Source: Chiloscyllium plagiosum
Taxonomy: Eukaryota
Direction: 5' to 3'
Length of the DNA: 64,000 bases
Assembly: GCF_004010195.1 (NCBI RefSeq)
Contig: NC_057731.1
Location: forward strand, 33,826,225 to 33,890,224
In this document: one piece after another, positions 1 through 10,200 of the stretch
Numbering within the stretch: position 1 is the stretch's first letter
Layout of the letters: each line of letters starts with the position of its first letter
Notes under the pieces: model-generated
What the model was told of the DNA's origin: nothing
The model's input: only the letters and a program-made list of their open reading frames with translations
Database searches by the model: none
Program-made: the position numbers and the translations under genes

Positions 1-514
1 TCGGAAGGATGTTGTGAAACTTGTAAAGGTTCAGAAAAGATTTACAAGGATGTTGCCAGGGTTGGAGGATTTGAGCTATAGGGAGAGGCTGAACAGGCTG
101 GGGCAGTTTTCCCTGGAGCGTCGCAGGCTGAGGGGTGACCATATAGAGGTTTACAAAATTAAGAGGGGCATGGATAGGGTAAATAGGCAAAGTCCTTTCC
201 CTGGGGTTGGGGAGTCCAGAACTAGGGGGCATAGGTTTAGGGTGAGAGGGGAAAGATATAAAAGAGAACTAAGGGGCAATTTTTTCCACACAGAGAGTGG
301 CACATGTATGGAATGAGCTGCCGGAGGAAGCGGTGGAGGCTGGTACAATTGCAACATTTAAGAGGCATTTGGATGGGGTATATGAATAGGAAGGGTTTGG
401 AGGGATATGGGTCGGGTGCTGGCAGGTGGGACTAGATTGGGTTGGGATATCTGGTCGGCATGGACATGTTGGACCGAAGGGTCTGTTTCCATGCTGTACA
501 TCTCTATGACTCTA
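1..514 (+). mobile_element. CR1-clade LINE (HER1-like) 3' fragment
   Basis: RFTRMLPGLEDLSYRERLNRLG..SLERRRLRGD C-terminal ORF2 motif; tctatgactctat tail. Confidence 0.9.
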
Positions 515-1036
515 TTTCCATGTCCCAAATCACTGGCTATAGTGTGCTATGATGACTATGGAGTACATTCTGTACTGTCCACATCATATGTGAGACAGAC
601 TATAAGTCAACATGACAATAATCGAGTCATCTCCCTTACTTTCTATGTCTCCAACAGACTGGCTACAGGTCAACATGATAATAATTGAGTCTATGACCTT
701 ACTGTAAATATTCTCTATCAGTGTGACTGCAGTTTGACATACTGATAATTGAGTATCTGCCCTTATTATCAACATTCTGTATCAGAATTATTACAGTTCA
801 ACAAGATAATAATTGAGCACTTTCCCTGCCTATAAATGTCCACTATTGGATCGACTACTTGTCAACATGATGATAACTGACTTCAATCTCCTCCATCAGA
901 TGGACTACAACTCAACTTGACTATAACTCAATCTATTCCCTGACTGTCAATGCCCTTTATCAGACTAGCTAAAGCTTGGTATGATGATAATTGAGCATAT
1001 ACCCTTGCTGTCAATAGCCCTCTATTAGACTGGCTA

Positions 1037-2365
1037 CTGAACGTAGGTTTGCTCGCTGAGCTAGAATGTTCTTTTTCAGATGTTTCATCACCATACTAGG
1101 TAACGTCTTCAATGAGCCTCCTAATGAAGCACTGGTGGTATAGCCTGCTCTCTATTTACATGTTTGAGTTTCCTAGGGTTGGTGGTGTCATTTCCTGCGA
1201 TGACATAATTTCCTGTTCTTTTTCTCAGAGGGTGATAAACAGGATCCAAGTCAATGTGTTTGCTGTTAGAGGTTTCCTCTAATTAGTTTCATTTAGTGAT
1301 GACAAAGGTGTCATCCAAATCGCGGATCCAAAACTTTGGGTTGGATGGTTGGCAGAAGTGTTTGTTCAAGTCTCTGCATTACTGCCACTGCTAAGAACCC
1401 TGACATTGGAGATCCCATGGGTGTTCCATCAGTTTGTCTGAAGGATGAGAGGAAACCTTCAAGACCATCAAGAATACCCTTACTGGCATAAAATTCACTA
1501 AAAAGAGGAGAAAAACAATAACAAAAAAGAAACCACCATTCCTAAACGTTGCAGTAGAGCAAACAGCCATTGGGGAACTTCAAACCAGCATCTACAGGAA
1601 AACAACACATACAGACCAAATATTGCACCACAGAAGCAATCGTCCCAACATCCACAAACAAAGCTGCATTCGAGCACAGAGGAACTACGCAGGCCAGAGG
1701 AAAGTCAGCTATACAGTGTATTCAAAAAGAACACGTACTCTATGAACACAGTCCACTGATTTCTCAGCAACAAGCAGACAAAACATGTTCAGAAACCCTA
1801 GTCATTCTCCCCTACATCAAAGACATATCAGAAATGACTGCCAGACTACTGAGACCTCTTGGCATCATGGGAGCCCACAAACCCACCAACATTCTAAAAC
1901 AGCAGCTAATGAACTTGAAAGACCCTAACACAAACAAGCAAAATTAATGACATTTACAAAATACCTTGCAAAAAGTGTAACAAACACTAGAATGGACAAA
2001 CAGGCAGAAAACTAGCCAACAGGATACATGAACATCAAGTAGCCACAAAACGACATGACCCACGCTCACTAGTATCCTTACATACGGATGAGGAAGGACA
2101 CCACTTCGACTGAGACATCCATCTTAGGACAAGCCAAATAGAGACATGCATGAAAATTGCGAGAAGCATGGCATTCTAACCGAAACAAACACATCAACAT
2201 GGACCCCATTTACCACCCCCTGAGAAAAAGAACAGGAAATGAAATCACCATGGGAAATGCTGTCACCACAGGAAATGATTCAATCACCCTATGAAACTCA
2301 AACATATAAATAGAAAACAGGATACATCACCAGTGCTTCAGCGGGAGGCGCACTGAAGATGTTAC
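1037..2365 (+). mobile_element. Degenerate Penelope-like retroelement (RT C-terminus + GIY-YIG endonuclease) with an inverted 5' part
   Basis: IYKIPCKKCNKH*NGQTGRKLANRIHEH at ~1950-2040. The RT motif QTDGTPMGSPMS...DDTFV is on the minus strand at 1280-1445, and an inverted terminal repeat copy lies at 1037-1270. TSD ctat(t/c)agactggcta at 1022-1036 and 2366-2380. Confidence 0.85.
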
Positions 2366-2541
2366 CTATCAGACTGGCTATAACTCCCCATGATGATGAT
2401 ACTGTATTCCCTTACTGTCAAAGTCCTCCATCAAACTGGCTATAACTCCCCATGATGATAATCGAGTATATTCCCTTACTGTCAATGTCCTCTATCAGGC
2501 TGAGTGTAACTCCCTATGATAATAGAGTATATTCCCTTACT

Positions 2542-2753
2542 AGGAGAAAGTGAGGACTGCAGATGCTGGAGATCAGAGCTTAAAAATGTGTTGCTGGAAA
2601 AGCGCAGCAGGTCAGGCAGCATCAAAGGCGCAGGAAAATCGACGTTTTGGGCATAAGCATTCCTGAAGAAGGGCTTATGCCCGAAACGTCGATTCTCTTG
2701 CTCCTTTGATGCTGCCTGACCTGCTGCGCTTTTCCAGCAACACATTTTTAAGC
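2542..2753. mobile_element. Palindromic PLE-derived mini-element with hammerhead motif
   Basis: Inverted arms; 14-bp TSD TATATTCCCTTACT (2528-2541 and 2754-2767). Confidence 0.85.
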
Positions 2754-3091
2754 TATATTCCCTTACTGTCAATGTCCTCTATCAGGCTGACTATAACTCC
2801 CTGTGATGATTAGAGTATATTCCCTTACTATCAATGTCCTCTATCAGGCTGACTATAACTCCCTGGGTAATGATAATAGAGTATATTCCCTTACTGTCAA
2901 TGTCCTCTATCAGGCTGACTGTAACTCCCTGTGATGATTAGAGTATATTCCCTTACTATCAATGTCCTCTATCAGGCTGACTATAACTCCCTGTGATGAT
3001 GATAATAGAGTATATTCCCCTACTGTCAATGTCCTCTATCAGGCTGACTGTAACTCCCTGTGATGATGATAATAGAGTATATTTCCTTACT

Positions 3092-3184
3092 GATGGAAAT
3101 GTGTTGCTGGAGAAGCGCAGCAGGTCAGGCAGCATCTAGGGAACAGGAGAATCGATGTTTCGGGCATTAGCCCTTCTTCAGGAA
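3092..3184 (-). mobile_element. Single-arm PLE terminal-repeat fragment
   Basis: Same repeat family (cattagccc variant), flanked by a tt(t/c)ccttact duplication. Confidence 0.8.
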
Positions 3185-3261
3185 TTCCCTTACTGTCAAT
3201 GTCCTCTGTCAGGCTGACTGTAACTCCCTGTGATGATGATAATAGAGTATTTTCCCTTACT

Positions 3262-3449
3262 GGAGAAAGTGAGGACTGCAGATGCTGGAGATCAGAGCTG
3301 AAAATGTGTTGCTGGAAAAGCGAAGCAGGTCAGGCAGCATCCAAGGAACAGCCCTTCCTGAAGAATGGCTTATGACCGAAACGTCGATTCTCCTGTTCCT
3401 TGGATACTGCCTGACCTGCTGCGCTTTTCCAGCAACACATTTTCAGCTC
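3262..3449. mobile_element. Palindromic PLE-derived mini-element
   Basis: Runs ggagaaagtgaggactgcag...cagctc; near-perfect TSD tat(t/a)ttcccttact. Confidence 0.85.
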
Positions 3450-4061
3450 TATATTCCCTTACTGTGAATGTCCTCTATCAGGCTGACTGTAACTCCCTGT
3501 GATGATGATTATAGAGTATATTCCCTTACTGTCAATGTCCTCAATCAGGCCGAGTGTAACTCCCTGTGATGATGATGATAATAGAGTATATTCCCTTACT
3601 GTCAATGTCCTCAATCAGGCTCACTGTAACTCCCTGTGATGATGATGATAATAGAGTATATTTTCTTACTGTCAATATCCTCAATCAGGCTGAGTGTAAC
3701 TCCCTGTGATGATGATAATAGAGTATATTCCCTTACTGTCAATATCCTCTATCAGGCTGACTGTAATTCCTGTGATGTTGATAATAGAGTATATTCCCTT
3801 ACTGTCAATGTCCTCTATCAGGCTTACTGTAACTCCCTGTGATGATGATAATAGAGTATATTCCCTTACTGTCAATGTCCTCTATCAGGCTGAGTGTAAC
3901 TCCCTGTGATGATGATAATAGAGTATATTCCCTTACTGTCAATGTCCTCAATCAGGCTCACTGTAACTCCCTGTGATGATGATGATAATAGAGTATATTC
4001 CCTTACTGTCAATGTCCTCTATCAGGCTGGCTGTTCCTGGCATGTAGTTCATCTTGCTCCT

Positions 4062-4273
4062 CCGGAAATAGGGGCGAGACCGGTGACGTCACATCCGATT
4101 GGTTGAGTAGGCGTCTCCTTCTGTTTATTTTTGTTTGTTTTATTTCTATTTGATGTATCGCGGACTCAGTGTTATTGACTGTGGGAATTTTTTGATTTTA
4201 TTGTTGACCGTCATTATTAGGGGCAACAGGTTTCTGCTGGAGGGGGTGGGGCTGTGGGCACCAAGATGGCGGC
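4062..4273 (+). promoter_or_regulatory. PRDX3 proximal promoter motifs
   Basis: ETS/GABP-type CCGGAAAT 4062-4069, perfect CRE TGACGTCA 4084-4091, inverted CCAAT (ATTGG) 4098-4102, and YY1 consensus CAAGATGGCGGC 4262-4273 overlapping the ATG. CpG is locally enriched. Confidence 0.7.
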
Positions 4274-4289
4274 GGTAGCTGTGAGTCGG
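4266..4289 (+). CDS. PRDX3: PRDX3 coding exon 1 (MAAVA or MAAVAVSR)
   Basis: ATG in ccaagATGGCGGCG within a CpG-containing region. Two phase-0 donors: GCT|gtgagt (4281) and CGG|gtgagg (4290). The exon end is uncertain. Confidence 0.75.
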
Positions 4290-7200
4290 GTGAGGGGAAG
4301 AACTCTTTTTTTTTATTTCTCTCTGATTTAGGTCATTGCGAATTCTCGGTTATCTCTGTATGCTGACTTTATTTTTTGATCTTTAAGCGTCCCTATTTAT
4401 GAGTGCCGCGCGCTGCGATAGTGTTTACTGGACACTGTGGCCACTCGCTGCTCTGTCAATGTCCCACGCCCTGGACGTTCCAATGTGTCTTGTCCCTCTC
4501 GACAGAGACTTGGAGTTTGTGTGTTTTTTTAGCTCCGTGCCGCGTTGTGATTGCGCGGGACCAGCTTTAGCTCAATCACATGGCGACATGACTCCTCGTG
4601 TTCACTGGAGTAGCATCAGGAGGCAATCTGCCTGCCTTTAATTCCTGCCGTGCAGTTGCTGAAGGTCAACCTTCCCTTTTCCACCCCCAACATCTCTCTG
4701 CTTTTTTGTTTTGCCAGGTTAAACGATATGAAGTGATCTGAATTTCTTATCACTTAATTTAATTTGTTTGGGGAGCTAGGCTACTGTGAGCGTATGGTTT
4801 TATTTATCTTTGTGTCTGCCAGAAACATAAATGTAATATTTATCTAAATGTACTTTCAGTTGGTGTAATTTCTTGTCTGCTCTGTTTCTGTTGATTTTGT
4901 AGTTTTCTCGAGCATGCTTATTCGCCAGGGGAGTTTCTGCGGCTCTCCGACTGCACTACATACAGCAAAATGCAACAAGCTGGCGGAGTTCAGCATGTTT
5001 CATAAATCATAAATGCAATTTCAGTACAAGTAAGTACTCTGGGAAGCTAAGCTGTCCTAAAATGACCTTGGCTAGTTTGAGTGAAAATCATTAAACTGAG
5101 CCTTTCACTTCAGACTGAATGGAAGCAGATTGATTTTTATAGCTAAATTCGCCAGCACTAATAAGCAAGAATTTCAAATTAATGCAGCAACAGACACTGT
5201 CATCAAACCTGTATCCATTTTCTGGAAGAAACAAAATATGGAATAGAACTGGACAATTTAATGATAGGACTGAGATTAGTCTCTGTGTTGTAAGGGAATC
5301 TGACAAGCTTTGGGAGACAATAGTAAATCAAGTCTTTGTTATCAGCTACTCCACAGTTAACGTTTTATGCCTTGAAACACTCTTCCTTTGCCATGTAATC
5401 TCACTTTGGCCTTGCAAATACAGGTACTCTAAATGATATCACCTTGGTAGCTTTTCAAATTACCTATCCAGTTGGACAAAATCTGTTTACTTTGTTATTT
5501 TACAATCACCTCTAAGCCTGCACTTCTCTAATAAACATAGTCGTAGTTCCATGAGTTCGCAATGGGCATCATTGTGCTTACCCCACAAATTGGATCTATC
5601 TGCTTTCTTATTCCATTCCCAGTATCATATTGGTGTGAACTAGTAAACAGAATGTGATTGAATTTTGAATATTGAGTAACTTGCTATGATGCACCATTTG
5701 GGTTTTTAATTGGTTTACTAATCTTCCCCAAAAGTACTGAAATATTGTTCCTGATTTGTCTAACAAGACTTTTTTTTAAGTGATTAATTAAATAGTACTT
5801 GGAATGTATTCCACTCTTAATTTATTGCAAAATGACCATTTTCTGAATTAACAAGATTTGCCTTTGTAGAAAATGATGGTATTCCAGTGTTTTGTATTTT
5901 TTTTAGAATTATATTTTAAAACTCCACTTTGTGAAAAATATTGCTTTATGTTTTGTTAGTGTGTATTACCTCTTTCTGATCTCTTGGTTAGTATTTTCTC
6001 TTGTGAGGATCATATTTTCACATTCCAGAGAATGCTAATTGATGTTTCTATGTAGCAATTCTAAAAGTATTCTTTTGTGCAGGCATACTAAGGATATGAA
6101 TATTCATGCAAATGTTCTTTGTGTGTAATTGTGTGGTTAATAGGAAGAGTGTAGATAATTGGCCCTTGTACCTTCCAGCTTATTCAAACTTTACTCCTGC
6201 TGTTACCCAACCTGCTCCATTTTTCAAGGGCACTGCTGTGGCCAATGGTGAGTTCAAAGAGATCAATTTGGATGACTACAAAGGAAAATATCTCGTCATT
6301 TTCTTCTATCCTTTGGATTTGTAAGTAACCTTGGTATCTGAATTTGCTAAGAAGTTTTATTTTAAGAGGAAGAAACTTTTTTGCCACATTTCTCTCTCAT
6401 TTTGTAGTTTTCAAAATTTCTCGGCACCTTAAGACCAATTCTAATGCATACAAACAGTTTTTTTGTTTCGATTATTTTCTGAGGGTAGTTTTAGTCACGA
6501 CAGAAATTACACTGTTTTGCTCAGTTGAGGAGGAGATGGCCTTGCACATCTTGTCTATCTGTTCTGAAAATATTAGGCAAATGATGGGTGGAGTACATTT
6601 TTCAGGGAAGAACAACTGTTGTGCTTCCATACCTTGATTACTCATACTACTTTGTGGGTGGGGTTTGTTTAATCTATGATTTTTAACTTGTGTACAGTTT
6701 TTGGTTATTCTGTTACTTTCTTTATCAGCTTTCACTTCTGTTTTTGTTTGTTCTGACCTGTAACTTTGTTTTATTCCATTCTGAATCCCTATTCCACACA
6801 ATAACTGTCAAACTAACCCCACCAAATAAGCAATAATGCATGGCTACCTTTCTACTTTTAATTTCCTGGCTCAAATGTTCATTTTTGTAGGGATGGAATA
6901 GTTGTTGTAATCTCTGGTCTGCATTCCAGTCATGCTTGTAGTACAGCAAGTGAAAAATAAAATATTGTTTTTTTTATGCAGAATTAAATGTATTTAACAA
7001 CACTGTTGAAGGTATTTAGAATTGCTGGTTTATTATGCACGAGTTTGTTTTGCAATATTTAGGAAGTTGACCAGAAATTAAATGTTACATAAAAATAATC
7101 AGATTTCTACAGGCAGTTTTTATGAAGTTGTAAATGATATATTGTTTTCTGATCTTGGGGCTTTTTTCTCAATTATTCACACTTGAGCAATCCTGATGGC

Positions 7201-10200
7201 TTTCCCACATCAAACACTTCTGACTTTTTTGGAGATGAACCTGCTGAAATCTGTACATATATGTTTTCAAAACAGCTTTTAGATTGTTTAACCCTGTTTA
7301 CTAAATAGCTCCTTTTCAATGGCCACTGAGTTTAAGATTTTAATAGCACTTTTATTAAAAATGGAAAAATAAGTGCCCCATTAGTATTGGCACATTTTCT
7401 AAATATTGTAAATTAAACGTTGTACTAAATATGCCTCACACTTTAAGAGTAATAAATGCCAATGAATGATAAGTACTTCTAAAATTGAACAAAATAATGC
7501 ATTGAACGTAGTCATGTGTAGTTCCTAAAGACCAATTGGGCAGTTGTTGAGGCATTTAGGTACTTTTCCTTCTCATTATTATGTCTGCCTTTTCTCTGAG
7601 TGCACACGATCTTTTTCAGCCATTAATTTTGTTCCACCATTCAATGGGACTAAGGCCGCTTTGCGACCTAATTGCATGTGTCTGCCCTAGTCCTCCATTC
7701 TGTGTTGAAATAACAAACAGAGGAAAGGTACCTAAAATAAACCTGCTGAAGTTTGTATATATCCCCATATCCCTCCACAAATGATCAAACATCAATTACC
7801 AGAAGAAAAGTCTAAACTTCGACCACTCTTTTCATGTTCTATATTATAACTTATGACTCCTAATTTATCCCATCTGTTCCCTTAATATCTTGAAAACTTG
7901 ATTCAAACACCTCAAATATAAATCCTAAGGAATACAATCTTAGTTTATGTAATGTAGTAAGTTAACTGTTGGACTGTCTGTATCATCTGGCTAATTTAAC
8001 CTATACTCCTTCCAAGGCCTCTATATTTTTCCCTCGGTGTGATGCCCAGACTTGTCTTAGTGTTGGTATGGTCTAACTAGAGCTATGCTTTGCTATACCA
8101 AAACGTCTACTCCTTTTGTATAATCCTCTGGATTAAATAGAAAGTTGGCATTTTTTTTTATTGTTACTTTCTGCTGCTACAAAATTTTAAGTTATTTGCA
8201 CGGAGACCCAAATCTCTCTGGATCTCTATTTCTGACTGTGCATCATTTTGATGGTACTTCGTTTTATCCCTTTTTACATCCAAAACGGGTGACCTCACAT
8301 TCATCTACAGTGAAATCTATTTGTCGTAAACTTTGCCTATTGCTTTTTTCTTTCTTTCCCAATACTATATTTTATGCCATAGATATGTGGACACAGATTC
8401 CAGAGTTCAAGTTGCAGTTTATGAACCACTTTTAAAAATACAATTGTGCAAATAAAACAAATGTATTTGTGTTTGACCTATTAAATGTTTGCTAGAATCT
8501 AAGACATAATGGATTTTCTTTTAACCAGGTTTACCTTTTACTATTCTGGTTATTATTAGTTGATTAAAAAGACTGCATGATCTTACACTTAATTTTTTCT
8601 CAAATTTATTTTTGCAGCACATTTGTTTGTCCAACTGAGATTGTTGCATTCAGTAACAAAGCAAATGAATTCCATGATGTAAACTGTGAAGTAATTGGTG
8701 TTTCTGTAGACTCTCATTTCTCTCACCTTGCCTGGATCAACACTCCGAGAAAGGTATGGAAGGAAAGATGAAGATTTATACATCTGGACCTTTGAAGTTT
8801 ATTTGCATTTTAGAAAAATTTGAATTTCAGCTGTGTTTCAGTTGCAGTAGTTCTATAAAGTTAGTATTTGAATAAGATAACTGCTAAACAATAATTGCTG
8901 TTTCAAACTCTCAGATTATTGAATTTGTTTCAAAATTAGTTTTGGAAAGGAAAGAATGTCTTATCAAGCATTAATGATAAAAATGATATTTTTGGTGGTG
9001 TCTGAAAATAGTATTGTTGATATTAGTCTTTATAGAAAGTCAGGCACAGTAATCACAAATTCTCAAATTTATTTGTACTTAGTATAAAATTTTTAAAGTA
9101 GTAACTTCAGCAATAGGAAGTAAATTTTCCTTTTTAGTTTGTTTTTGGTAACTTTCCTTTGTTCTCTCAATTCAGAGCGGAGGTCTAGGGCATATGCATA
9201 TACCACTGCTGTCTGATATAACAAAGCAGATCTCTCGCGATTATGGGGTGTTATTGGAAAACGCTGGTATTGCACTGAGGTAAGAGGTTTTCATTGTTGC
9301 AGGTTAAACAGAATGGAAACAGTGGTCTAATTTCACTCTTGACTACCTCAATGGTAGTGGAATTAATTGATATAGTTGTAATAATGAGGTACAAGTTGAG
9401 ATTGAGGACACTTTTTTTAAAGCAGTTTAATGTATGTCATCAAGGACACTGGAGTTTGCACATTCTTCCCATGTCTGCATGGGTTTCCTCCGGGGTGCTC
9501 TGGTTTCCTCCCACAATACAAAAGATGTGCAGGTCAGGTGAATTGGTCATGCTAAATTGCCCATAGTGTTAGGTGCATTAGTCAGGGGTAAATATAGGGT
9601 AGGGGAATGGGTCTGGATGGGTTACTCTTCGAAGGGTCGGTGTTGACTTGTTGGGCTGAAGAGCCTGTTTCCATACTGTAGCAAATCTAATAGTATTGGA
9701 ATTTGTTCTGATTAGTTGCTTGCAAATAGATAAAAAGGCCTGCCTTCCAACCTGTGTTTTCAAGCTTGCAGATATGTTTGGATATTGACAGTAAAAACTA
9801 TTTAATTTGGTCCAGGTCGAGCACTCACTGATGAAGTCATTATCTTTTATCATTGACCTTGAGCTGTCCACATGATGTCACGAACCTTAGCATTGAGAAA
9901 TGCAGTGTAGTGTTAGATGTAGGAAGACTCTAGGAATATTGATGGCTGCTTAGCCTGTCTAATGGCAGTCATATTGGAAAAATTCTCACATGATAAACCA
10001 ACAAATAACAGACAGGTTTTATCAATTTCCCTTCCTAACAGCATTGTAGGTCTTCCAATGCCAAATGATCTGCAGTGGTTTAAGAAGGCAACTCACCACT
10101 GCTTTAAGGGCAAATAGAGATAGGCAATAAATGTTGTCTTAGCCAGCGATGCGATGTCCCATGAAAACCATTTAAAATCACCTAATGTAATCTTACTGAA

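Larger units (their letters stand above)
560..4032. repeat. Tandem satellite/minisatellite, ~63-70 bp monomer (GAT)n-AATAGAGTATATTCCCTTACTGTCAATGTCCTCTATCAGGCTGACTGTAACTCCCTGT, interrupted by four PLE insertions
   Basis: Monomers are visible directly (e.g. starts at 3708, 3774, 3841, 3908). Copies at 560-1036 are diverged and those at 2760-4030 are near-identical. Confidence 0.93.

Noticed and set aside
2760-4030. Satellite monomers as a C/D-box snoRNA array (GTGATGA...CTGA) or a CRISPR-like array
   Set aside because: There is no terminal stem, the C-to-D span is short, and the TGATGA comes from a (GAT)n microsatellite. There are no unique spacers and the context is eukaryotic.
3636-4106. 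Repetitive ORFs (MMMIIEYIPLL...)
   Set aside because: These are translation artefacts of the tandem satellite.
9825-9900. Possible intronic C/D snoRNA (TGATGA...ATGATGT...TTGA) in PRDX3 intron 5
   Set aside because: No CTGA D box, no convincing terminal stem and no recognisable rRNA guide.
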